DNA of 64,000 nucleotides from Dicyema japonicum (Eukaryota; Animalia; Dicyemida). The position numbers were made by a program, and so were the translations under genes. Below are positions 11,360 through 22,700 of this stretch, piece by piece. The stretch spans positions 68,504-132,503 of the forward strand of contig RDEW01000042.1 of the NCBI GenBank assembly GCA_011109175.1. The letters are read 5' to 3'. How positions within the stretch are numbered: position 1 is the first letter of the stretch; each line of letters opens with the position of its first letter. The notes beneath the pieces are model-generated. The model saw nothing but the letters and a program-made list of their open reading frames with translations, was not told where the DNA came from and did no database searches.

Positions 11360-12598
11360 TATTTTTGAAAGCCGGGAAGACCGAAGAACGATCCCGGCTC
11401 TTACAGACCAGTTTCCCTTATATGTGTTTTGTCGAGGATCCTGGAGAAACTGGTCCTAAAAGTTATTCGCCCTTTTCTCCCACAAAGTACATTCCAACAT
11501 GGCTTCAAGGAAGGATTATCAACAACCTCCTTCCTAACAACATTAATGAAGTTCATAACTGAAGGACACAAGAACAAGCCAAAACAGGAAAAATCGGTCA
11601 TATGTACGATCGACATTCAAAAAGCTTTCGACTCTGTCCCAAGGAAGATCCTCATACGAAAAATATTTTTGACAAAAATTGATGCACCATTAAAGTTATG
11701 GTTAGCAAATTTCGTAAGTGGACGCCGAGGGAAAGTATCCGTCGGAAACAAGAGTTCCAGATCGGGATTATTACCCAATGGTGTACCCCAAGGATCTCCT
11801 CTGTCACCAATCCTTTTTAATTTGTTTTTGAGTGATCTCCCCGTACCTATGAATAATAATGACATACTACTTTCCTATGCCGATGACATAGTTGTCGCAT
11901 CTAGAGACGTAAACGTCGAACATGCTAAGGAAAGACTACAAGGAATACTAAATAACATATTTGGATGGTTGTGCGAGAATCGATTAAATGCATGTTCCGA
12001 AAAGTCAGCAGTCACTCTATTTACTAAGAATAGAAAGATGGGAACGCAAACAATTGATGTCACGTTAAATGGAGTACCTATACCACAAAAGAAATCGCAG
12101 AAAATACTGGGAGTAACTTTTGATACTTTCCTCTGCTTCTCAGGCAATGTGGAATCTATCATATCAACCTGTGCAAAGAAGATCAATTTTGTAAAGGCCT
12201 TCCTTTGGAACTGTGGAGGAATTTATCCGCCAGGTATCGGGACCCTCTACAAGCAGTATGTCGAGCCAACAATAGGCTATGCATGTGCTGCATGAGGAAC
12301 TAACCTGTCGGCAACGAACCTAACAAAAATTCAAGAGATCAAGTCAAGAGCAAAAAAAATCTAGAAAAAAATAAAGATAAAGAAAATGCCCCCAGAGCAC
12401 TAGAGTCTATCATAGAGGCAACTGGAGGCAATTTCAGAAGAGGAAAGGAAAAAGACCCCCGTCCGTATAGAAAATGCATGGGATCACGGTCGGAGCATCG
12501 AGAAAAAATGGCCCGATTATTGAGAGACGCCGGTATCAGCTGAAAATTAGTTATTGGTTAAGACGGTGTTTCTTTGGCTAAAATAATAATAATAATAA
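11360..12598 (+). mobile_element. 5'-truncated I-group (Ingi/Vingi-like) LINE; best-preserved RT in the window
   Basis: 288-aa ORF with QHGF, IDIQKAFDSV, GVPQGSPLSP, YADD and LGVTFD. TGA sits at a conserved Trp position. No RNase H is seen. Ends with GGGATCAC and an (AAT)n tail. Confidence 0.92.
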
Positions 12599-12867
12599 CA
12601 GTGGTTCTCAACCTTTTTTGGTCGCGGACCCCTTGTGAGTGAATTAAAAATTTCGCGGAGCCCCAACATACTATTGCAAGTTTTTTTGTCAAAAAATTAT
12701 TACTTTTCTAAAAACACAATTTGTTATTAAAAAAGAAATAAATTAATGAGAAGGTTGATGTTGTTTTTTGAGGCAATTTTTTCAATTTGAGGCTCGGTTG
12801 CCGACAAACATACTCTGATAAATAAAGATTCAGAAGTATATCGTGGACCCCAGGTTGAGAACCACTG
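12599..12867. mobile_element. hAT (Charlie-like) MITE
   Basis: TIRs CAGTGGTTCTCAAC / GTTGAGAACCACTG. The flanks do not form a TSD; the left flank is a LINE tail. Confidence 0.85.
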
Positions 12868-13299
12868 GTTTGGAAGGAGGCTTCGGTTTTCTTTTCTTAT
12901 TTTTTACATTTGGTCGTGCCCGTGCGATAATATATTCTAAAATAGTCTCAGTTTATTCCACCGCTTCTATTTTGTAACAATTATTTTTCATTTCGACTCC
13001 TAAACAGATTTTATTAACAAACAAACTCTTTTTGTTTTCAATGGAGCAGGACGTCTATTTTGCTGGTTATCTGTGAGGGGTTGTTTTGTATGAGGATTAT
13101 ACACCGAATTTGTGTGAATAAATCTGTTCGAGAACTTAATATATGGGGTAGGAATGAGATATAAGTCCTGGTCAGTCATGTTGGGAAGAAAATTGGTAAC
13201 ATCTGATAAGGTACATTGAAGTAAATCATTATTTATAAGATTCATAAATTCGTTTTGAGAAGTCCTAATGTATACTGTTTTTGGACAATTTTTATTATT

Positions 13300-13460
13300 T
13301 AATAACCCCGAAAAGGGAACACCAAGAAAGAAGGAGTAAACCAACTAATTAAGTGATCCCGGTAAGCTTCAAAAGGATCGAGAGGTTTTTCTTATGTTCC
13401 TCCAGAGTACTCACAGCGTCCTGTACCGACGACGATCTTTGGTGGTTAGCTATTCTAGGA
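13300..13460 (-). mobile_element. I-group LINE 3' end
   Basis: LEEHKKNLSILLKLTGIT* followed by a GGGATCAC...TAGTT tail. Confidence 0.65.
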
Positions 13461-15240
13461 GGAAGGGATTTAATAACCACAACTAGCAATCAGTTACTCA
13501 GTCACAATGGGCTCCCCAGAAATTTTGAGTCGGCGAATTGATATCCTCTTTGTGTCTAGAAGTTAGAAAAGAATGCTCACGGTCACTGAAAGATTATCGC
13601 ACTCATACGAAATTATTTTTTTTAATATCGATCAATGGAATTGATCCCCGAAGTGTTTCGAATTAACTTGAAAATGATCTTCCAGTGAAGATTGTTACAT
13701 AATTTCTAGAAAAAGTGACATTAATTATAATGAATATTGTCCAACCAATTCATTTCTATTGAATTTATAATTTTAAATTCAATGGTCTGTAATTGAAGCA
13801 CTCATAAATCCTTGATTGTAGAATTTCGAAATTTAGGGTCTTTCCGTCTTCCAATTCACATAAAGGTTAATTCAGCTCCGATATATTCTGTAATAATGTC
13901 GCATAAACCATATTTGAACTCAAAGTTCGGAATCGCTTTTATGTTGAACAGATCATCATTTCTCGGGTTTCCTCGTTCAGAACTTTACCAATAAATTGTT
14001 GATCGAACATAAATTGGACGACCTATTACGTACTTTAAAAGTGATCACATGTGATTTTTCAGTAAGAATCCCATAAACCAGTGGTTCTCAACTTTGGCCC
14101 GCTTAAAATTATAAAAATATTACATATTTTAACTATTTTTTATATAAATATTATTTGCATTAAATTTTAATTAATTAATATCATTAATATTTTTTGTGAT
14201 TCCTTTCTCCTTGAACACATCCTCTGATGAAGATTGCATTATGAAAACTATTCCGCTGAAGAATGAAGTGATGTCAGCGACGGTAGGACGTGGGAAAATA
14301 ATGGAAGAGGTCGGACCTACTTCTCCACCTCTCTTCGGAAGCGGAAGCCTGTAATGAAGTATTGGAAGATGGATTTGGTCAGCACAAGCAGATGTTCTCC
14401 CTTTGATTCCTTCCTTGGATTAGTTAGTTATGACTGTTTGTACTGGGCGTACAAAGGTAAGCCTGGGGTTAGTAATAATTGTGATGTCTGAAAAACGTGT
14501 TAAAGGAAATTATTTTATACTCCTATAGAAATAAATCCTGCAACCGCTCCAGACGAAATTCAAATGGAGCTCATTGAAATGCAGTCATATAGAGCTCACC
14601 GCAATATTTAAGAAACCAATTAACTGATGAACTCTTATGCAACTCTTACGTAGTCGTCATCAAAACTGAGTCCCTGTTTTGAAAGAATAGTAGACGTAAA
14701 GCAGATTCAATTCTCATTAATTTTAGTTAATAAAGTTTAATTTTTCTTAAAAAAATTTTTGGCGGTCCGAAATCGAAACAACTTCAAAGTCTCATAGACC
14801 CGTATTCGAATTTAGGGAACAATTGGTTTGGGTACCCCCGAGTAGGTCCGAACCCCCAGTATGTTCTATCACAGTAGTCCCAGGTCCTGTAGGATCAATG
14901 ATGTGGGTAACAAAGTTTTGTTGACTCCAATTCGAATGTAGGAATCATTTAATGTGGGTACTAGGTCCAACTTGGATAATATCCAAGAGATCTCAACCCT
15001 TTGGGTTACTATGTCTTTCAATATGTTCCTTCGTTCTTGTAAAACATATTCATTCGACTTGTAGTGTGTTTCTTCTTCTTGAAGAGATTCTTCGTATTGT
15101 ATTATGACCCTTGTAACATGCATCTTCGACTTGAAAACTCTCCGACTTGAGAACTTGAAACTGTTAGTTAATTGAATTGCTCGTAGCATCAGTGGCGAGC
15201 ACTAATGGCGCCACGTCCCATCAGTGGCAAGCATTTAAAT

Positions 15241-15465
15241 TAATTTCCAAAGACCAAGGGGAACCTAACTAACTACTCGTTCCAGCATTTCAGAACTGTT
15301 CACCAGGTAACGACGTTGTCCCCGAGGAAAAATTGTTGGATCCTCTTGATGCCGGCCAGGCATTGGGCACCTCCTCAGTAAGGTGGATTTAGTGACGCCA
15401 TCAGAAGGAAGGAAAATAATTTTGACAAACCATCCACGTAGCACCACATGGCGCCAACCTTAAGT
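15241..15465 (-). mobile_element. Family 2 short retroelement, copy B
   Basis: Shares head TGGCGCCATGTGGTGCT(A/G)CGTGG and core with copy A. Tail TAGTTAGTT...CCTTGGTCTTTGG resembles the I-group LINE ends at 29337-29380 and 30990-31035. Confidence 0.75.
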
Positions 15466-15599
15466 TATTTATAGCGCCAACCTTAAGCCCTAATAAAACT
15501 AAACTCTGGCATGCGGGAAGGTGGCTTTGCAATTACAGTCAGCCGCCCAGTACGAACTTGTGTGGGCACGAGGGAAAAGCACCGGAGAATTTATTTAAA

Positions 15600-16140
15600 A
15601 TAATAAAAAACAATTATTTTTAAGTCTTAAATTATCTTCTGGTTCCATCAGAAGATTTAACTTATACATAAATTTGAAAAATACCTTCGGCGCATTTTCC
15701 TTTCTGTAGCACACGCAATATCCCTAAGCGAGTTTGGATATCCTTTTACCATACGATGGATAGCGCTTACATCACTAGCCATTCCAGAGGAGGGCGCCTG
15801 CCTTCTCCCTTGTAGTGCCTTCTCTGTAGCTTTTTGATACAAGGGGCATCTTGAATGGCTCGCCCTGTGTCCCTCCTCATTACAGTTCACGCTCTTGAGA
15901 GACCTGACTTTTGATTGGCAGCCCTTCCGCGAATTTGGACCCCCGCAATTCAGATCCTCTTTGTTTCTGTTCCAGAGCGAAGCCAGACCTTCATGGTCCG
16001 GAGTCTCCTCCCCCCGCTTGTGGAGTCCTTCTTGATGTGTTCGACTACATTATCATCTACGAAGTCCAGAGGGACTCCGAAGACTAGCACTATTGTACCC
16101 GAAGCCTAAGGAGTGATAGGCATTAATCCGCCCATGTGAC
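15600..16140 (-). mobile_element. LINE ORF1 (gag-like) relic
   Basis: VLVFGVPLDFVDDNVVEHIK (RRM-like) and NCNEEGHRASHSRCP (zinc knuckle). Confidence 0.7.
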
Positions 16141-16814
16141 ATATTAATATCAAAAATAAAAAGAGAATTTATAGACAAAAATACAAGTCAATTTAATTCG
16201 GTAGGAATCAACACCTAGCAAAGATGAGAGCCATGATTCAATTCGTCGGGATCACTCAGTTAGTTTTTTTCTGTTTAACAGCAGAGGTCTTTGGAACTAA
16301 TTTTAATTTAACTAGAGTTCGAAAATCGTATTCTGTCAATAAAATAAACTTCATGAATGTATAGAAACAACCGATGCTCTAATACATCCTAATCCATTTT
16401 CTAATTCACCCTATTTCATCCGATATTAGAGAACCGATGTCCATGTCTTCCATTTTTATCCCATACTATGTCGAACATGATTTAGACAAAATTAAAAAAT
16501 TCATTTTCCTCAGAAAAGAGGCCGGTAACCAGTTGTTTTATAATGATAAGTTTCACTTATCAACCCGGACGTGATACTACACGACAATTATTGATTTGCC
16601 AGCAAACAAAAAGGTTGAGAACCACTGCCATAAACAGTCAGTCAGAGCTGAGCTTTCATGATACAAAAAAGTAAGATGAACTCAAAGCGACATAGACTAC
16701 AATTATTCTCCTTAAATCCCATAAAATGGAAGTGTGGTGGCCTAAGAAAGGCGAATTAATTGAGGAAAATTTAAAAATGTCAGTCCATACATGCGAGGGC
16801 GCAATACATGCGAG

Positions 16815-17230
16815 ATTTATTACAAAATTATAATTATTATTAGCACTTTCACGAGAGCCATAATATTAATAGCCCCGCTTGTGCCGCAAAAAATAGAAGA
16901 GAATTTGTTAGCTTGCTCCAAGCTCTTCTGTTCTCAGATAGGTCCCTCAGTGTGTCCAGATCGTCACCAGATGTCAATGTTTTCTTCACGGCTTTCAGAT
17001 CATTTTGTAGAACGACCGGGAGGGTAGTTCTCAATCTTCCACGAAAGCGTTTTACATTGGAAGAGTAGTAATCTACCATTGCGATATTCGGGGGAAATAT
17101 CGGGTCCAACCTCAGGACATGTCCAAAAAGTCTCCGACGAAAGCTAATAATCTCGAGACTTAATGGTGTACAGCACACTTATTGTACAGTCTTTTCCGCG
17201 AGATCTTAGATGGCCAGGACATTCCAGTTA
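16815..17230 (-). mobile_element. RTE-type LINE 3' end
   Basis: RRRLFGHVLRL...RGRLRTTLPVVLQNDL...NRRAW is an RTE-type ORF2 C-terminus. Confidence 0.8.
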
Positions 17231-17399
17231 TGTTTCTTTGATGATACAAAAAAAATTTTTCTTAGTAAAACTATCATTGGAAAAAATTATTAATAATATT
17301 AAAATTACATATAGTACATATTTTTATTTAAAATATTAATTACAAAACATGTATCTAGTGAATCTAACACGTGATACTTTGAAAAAATAGGATCTACTG

Positions 17400-18010
17400 T
17401 GCTACTGGTAAGATCGATAATTGCCCTGACTGGAGAGAACTGGAAAAAATCAAAAGATGTTCTGAGCAATTCATTTTCAAAGATTTGAAACCCTACATTA
17501 TGAAGACTATTCTTGGGTAATCAGTTTGCAATATATTTATTAGATTATGGTTCTTATGGACTCATTTTCTAAATTTGCTGTTGTTAAGAGTTCTTTCACC
17601 AAATCTGGAAGTGAATATCCAGAATTCTAAAGATTTTTTTGTTCTTATTGGACCGCCTATTATCCTACATATGGATAATGGCGAGCAATTCAAAAATCAG
17701 CACATGCAAGAGTTAGGCCATTCGGATGTTACAGGTCGTCCACGAGCTTTTTGGATACAAGGACAAGTAGAGCGGTTTTTGTTTTTTATCTCAATAGATT
17801 TAACCAATCAATTAAAGGATGGGTTTTTTCCACGAGTTCATCCAAGCGAAATTTTGAAAGTTATATTGACTTCATAAAGACATTGTACGGGATTATGATA
17901 GATCAATCCATCATACAACAAGACAGCGGCCTTTTGAGATTTTTTACAATGTCAATCTGGAGAAAAAATACGATCAGAAAAAATAGAATCGTTAATAAAT
18001 TTTGCCGGCG
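17400..18010 (+). mobile_element. Ginger/KRBA2-like integrase (rve) relic
   Basis: MDSFSKFA...GPPIILHMDNGEQFKN...GRPR...QGQVERF...YDRSIHHTTRQRPFEIF. Confidence 0.75.
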
Positions 18011-18633
18011 AGGATAAATATGAAAAGCCAATAGAATTTTCATCCTTGAATAATTTAGATCGACTCTCCAAAATCAGAGGGATCAATTCACGTTAAATTT
18101 TCATGGTGAATGACATGGAGTTGATCAGGTCGAATGAAGATGATGGAGTTCTTTAATTATAAAATTCCAGACCAAATCATTAACACTTAAAACATATGTG
18201 TCTCACTAATAAATAAAATATACATGTGACAAGTCACGTGCCAAATAATTGTACAAGTTAAAATTATCTCCAAAATTTTCTTTGAAACATAAATTGGATT
18301 ACATAACGCACGTTGATATTCAAAAAATCTATGACAACATTGAAAAACTGTTGAAATTTTATGTTTGTTTATTGATATTTTTCATTTGAATATATTGTAG
18401 AATAGACATGTTATAATGTTTCCATATAATATTCAATTATGTAATATAGTAGACTAATATTAATTTGACTCCCTTTCTCTTCAAAAATTTAGTTTTTTTT
18501 ATTTATGTTTTTAAGTGTTTATATTGTAGAGCAGATCAGTTAATATGTTTACTGTAGTTTGCGATAAATTCAACAATTTTAGTTTGTTTATTGATGTTTT
18601 TTTATATTTGTTATTATGCATAAGATTCTCTTT

Positions 18634-18679
18634 CTTTACCAATGAGATCGCAGGTCGATGAGAATGTTAAAATATCGTT
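18634..18679. repeat. 46-bp sequence repeated identically at 23778-23823
   Basis: CTTTACCAATGAGATCGCAGGTCGATGAGAATGTTAAAATATCGTT occurs twice in direct orientation. Confidence 0.9.
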
Positions 18680-18872
18680 ATATGGATTATGTATCTCTGA
18701 ATTTAGCAGTACTATAATGTATGCGTGAATAGTATCGTTAATTCAGTCTACGTTCACTATCTTATATAGTAAATATTCATAACATTATATAATAATCTAT
18801 TATGTAATGATTTTAACAAATATGCCTGATATTCTGACCCAAAGCAGACGAAATTCTAACCCTAAGATCAGT

Positions 18873-18948
18873 GATCCCAGACAGACAAGGGAAAGGACGA
18901 AAACCTTTTATTTCTTTCTCTTTGACACAGTGATCCTGGTGGTAATAA
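18873..18948 (+). mobile_element. 76-nt retro-insertion (LINE 3' tip) with 16-bp TSD
   Basis: TSD TAACCCTAAGATCAGT at 18857-18872 and 18949-18964. The tail CTCTTTGAC.CAGTGATCCTGG..GTAATAA is shared with 61996-62081. Confidence 0.85.
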
Positions 18949-19320
18949 TAACCCTAAGATCAGTTTCGCTAATTTCTAAACTCAGTTTCGCTAATTGTTA
19001 GGAAACTCGCGACTGTCAAAAAACGCGTCACTGCCAAAACGCTAACAGAGATCAACCAGTTTCTCGTCAAGCCAAGAATGGAATTAAAAATAAGAATGGA
19101 AAAAACACATAAGAATGGAAACACAAAAAGTAATTATCTTATAAATTTTTAAATTAAAAGATTAATAAAATTAAGCACACTCTGACTGAAATATATGGAA
19201 ATTCTAAAAATGCTACAATTCGATAATTATGATGTAATTTTATTATATAACTTTTTCATAATTTTTACTAAAAAGTCGTTTTAATTAATTTATGACTTTC
19301 AAAGCTTTTATTTTTAAGAA

Positions 19321-19660
19321 AATAATAATAATAATTAAGCACTACCGCGTTGCCATAAGCACGTAAGATGCCTAGGGCTTCGCTCGTGCAGAACACACAC
19401 TTTAGTTAAGTAAAGAACAGTTATTATAACTAATCGTAGAAGGAGAACCAAGGAATGCTCTTCACTTCTTTGTTTTTTCTTTTTCTTGTGTGTATGTCCT
19501 TTTGAATATCCCGTTCCGCAGTAAATCTCCACTGATGACGGCGTCACTCGTCAAGCCCTTTCCGCATCGTAGATGAGTGGAGCCTTCCACCAGGTGAACA
19601 GCAGCGAGAATCGAACCCGTGACCTAAGCCCTTTAGCCCGACACCTAACCACTATGCCAA
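19321..19660 (-). mobile_element. SINE family 1, copy c (full length)
   Basis: tRNA head, core, 3' domain AAGTGAAGAGCATTCCTTGGTTCTCC, RTE-like tail and (ATT)n. Confidence 0.9.
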
Positions 19661-20502
19661 GAATGCGTATAAATAGATTTTGATCTTTACTTGCAAGTAT
19701 TAGGGATGTCACGCATAAATATATTTTCGCGCATAAATAAATTTTGACCTTTTTTACTGCAATAATTTAGGGATTTCATATTGGTTAATATTAACCTCTT
19801 TCAGGAATATTTTCAGATTTTAAACTTCAGTATTTAATTTAGCTATCGATAAAAATGTTAGTATTGAAAAATCGACAATATCCGTAAATACTGCTGTTAT
19901 TTAAATTATAACATATTTAAGGCAATTATTGAAACAGTACGATCCTTTATGTGTGCTTCCGCCAAAATGCTTAACTGTGGAACTGGATCGTCTACAACAG
20001 GAGTGTCAAACTCATTTTCGCTTCGAGGGCTACATTTATATAATAATTTTCATTAAGGGAGAATTAGTTCTGATATATATTTTTTTCAATAATATATTTA
20101 TTTATTATAATAAAAAACAAAAAATAAGAGAAACTTAATTATAAAACCACTACCCTTTAATTTTGGTGAAAGCTACTTCAAGAGGATTGACATCTTTTTT
20201 GGATACAATTTTTTAGCTCTTTGTGTAGTTCCGACATTTATTAAAGCGGATAAATATTCATTAGTGAGTCTTGTTCATTGAGCAGTTTTTGTTAATTTCA
20301 CAAATGAAAAAGCTGTTCACACATATGCTGAACCAAAACAAGCAATGATTTTTGTCTATTTCAGCTCGTAATTTGGAAGCACCACCAGGATGTCGTCCAA
20401 CCATATTTGGAGCAATATCGGTGCACAAACAAACAAGCTTCTTCAAATCAAACCCATAGTCAAAGAGAATTTTTAGTAATTTTACAAAGATATCTTCATT
20501 TA

Positions 20503-21648
20503 TTTAGAACCCGGAATCACCGAGAAAGAAATACAGAAAAACGTCAGAAAGTTGGAAAAGGACTAGGTAGGTGAATTTCCGTCCTCCTTAGAAACCCGAA
20601 GGAATCCGGTTCCTCGACTACGGGTCGTCCTTTTCACGAGTAAAGGATTAACCATTGATCCAAACCAAAACCAAACTTTATTCAAGCGAATTATAGAGTT
20701 AATTAAGAGGTATATGCGAGTCCGCCTATGCGGCCTGGACTCTTCCGACGCACCTCATCTCTATTTTCTTTTTATCCTATCGGTGGATCCCATCGATCCT
20801 CTTCTCCACAGTGTATCTCACCGGAGTAAAAATTTTATCTTCTTATATACTGAGGGTGTTGAATATTTTTTCCCCAAGACCAGCTTTATTGCTGACCTTC
20901 TTGATTTTTCCATAAGTAGTATAATTCTATCTCTATGGCGTGAGAAAAACCATGCTTCGCATCCATACAATAGTTCCGGCAGAATAACTCTCTTGAAAAA
21001 CAAACAGGAAGGTCTCCAAGCTTACGGATAGCTTCCTTGTACAGAAAAGCGCTTGTAGCGATTTCTTTCTTCTTCGTCTGATATCTTCCATGAATGAACC
21101 TTCTCCATCGATGGCTAACCCGAGGTAGCGAAGTGAATTCACTTTTGGGATGCCAAGTGAATAAGGCTGTACACGATGCCTCCGTAGGCGACTAACTCTC
21201 ATATGGCTTGATTTCTCGGTAGAGAGTGTCATCCCTCTCTTGGAGCACCAGTCCTGAACTTGATCAACGAATAACCTGATTCTATTTTCCGATAAAGTGG
21301 ATTTTCCAGAAGTATCCATGATTAGAATGTCATCCGCGTATATCAACATCTTGGTGTTCATATCTGGTGGAACTGGGAAGTCTGACAAAAATATATTGAA
21401 TAACAGCGGGCTCAAGATAGAGCCTTGTGAACTTCCCTCTTCAATCTAATATTTTTGATCCAGAAATGAGGGCCCATTATAAATATAATTTTCCGGTATA
21501 TTGAATTGATTCTGTGGAGCGCAGTCTCTGGACGTGTTTTAACGTGTGTCTTGTGGCTCACCCGAAAGGTGTCACCCATTCCGGAAAGGAACGAAAAGAG
21601 CCATCAACTTTTCCTCACCACTTGAAAGTTCCCGTAAGGATAATTTTA
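20503..21648 (-). mobile_element. Internally deleted I-group LINE inserted in the hAT transposase
   Basis: About 190 nt of apparently non-coding 5' sequence, then QGSILSPLLFN, YADD, YLG, PELLYGCEAW and a 3' tail. The transposase frame resumes on either side. Confidence 0.85.
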
Positions 21649-22475
21649 CTTTCGTAATATTTTGCATTGGAATCAGTTCGAGAAATTATTCATAAATATT
21701 AAAATCTGAATCACATGCTCTAACAAGGATTGTTAATTGTGCAATTCCAACAACCTCGACTGTTTCATTGATGGAAATTGAAAAAAATAATAGAATTTTA
21801 ACAATTCAGACTATAATTAGTGTTTAAATTCAAAGACATTTCATTAATGTGTTCGGGAACAGGTTAATGAAATTTCTTTAAACAAGTGGGCGTTGTTTGG
21901 ACAAATAATATTTTCTGTCCAAACCACATATAGTGGATACCCCTTTCGGCAATATAGCAATCTCTAGGACCCATCGCGATTATGGGAGTAATCGGTGGTC
22001 TTGTTGACAAGAGACGTTTTGACACACTTTCGTATTATCCAGCGATTTCAGACTTGGTTATACCATATAGTTTAGATTTTATTTAGAGAAAAGACGATCT
22101 CTAACAAAATGATTTAAGTTGTGCTTAGCCTAAAATTATTCTAAACGATTTAACTACTTATATGGATTTGATTTTCAACTCAATATCTAAATAAAAAAGA
22201 ATCGCATCTTGTAGCCCTCCTATAGTAATTTCCATCTTCGTCAAAAATAAAATTTATAGCTATTTTCGTTAACGATCTTTTTCCCGTCTTAAGATGTTTA
22301 ACTCATCCTTCATTTCCTTTATTTTTTTTTATTTTTTCCAAGGTTTCTCTTGAAATTTGCACCAGACGCATTTCAACACGCTAATTTAATTAATTAATTT
22401 TATAGATATTTTATTTCTTAATTAATACAATTTGTAAATTCCAATGGTTTTTAAATATTCTTAATATTTTTTAAT

Positions 22476-22700
22476 TCAATCTGTAAACAGTGACGATTTA
22501 TCAGACTGTGACATAGCATAATTTGATATGGTTCTTAGATGATCGATGTGATTCAATAAAAAATTGTTTTTTGCAGTTACAAATGTCCCACATAATCCAA
22601 AAAATATTTCCCTGTGAGTTGATTGAAAACTCATCAGGATATTTTCTAACGGACTCAATCTTTTCAATGTAATTCTTGATTAAACGTGGCATCACAGTGA
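22476..22700 (-). mobile_element. Possible CGGBP1-like hAT N-terminal zinc-finger relic
   Basis: YPDEFSINSQGNIFWIMWDICNCKKQFFIESHRSSKNH resembles the C..C...H....H BED-like finger. Confidence 0.4.

Larger units (their letters stand above)
14079..16627 (+). mobile_element. hAT (Charlie/GTF2IRD2-like) element with nested insertions
   Basis: TIRs CAGTGGTTCTCAAC / GTTGAGAACCACTG and 8-bp TSD CCATAAAC on both sides. Transposase relic APDEIQMELIEMQ near 14540-14590. Confidence 0.9.

Noticed and set aside
11401-12186. Minus-strand ORFs over the RT
   Set aside because: Antisense shadows of the RT ORF.
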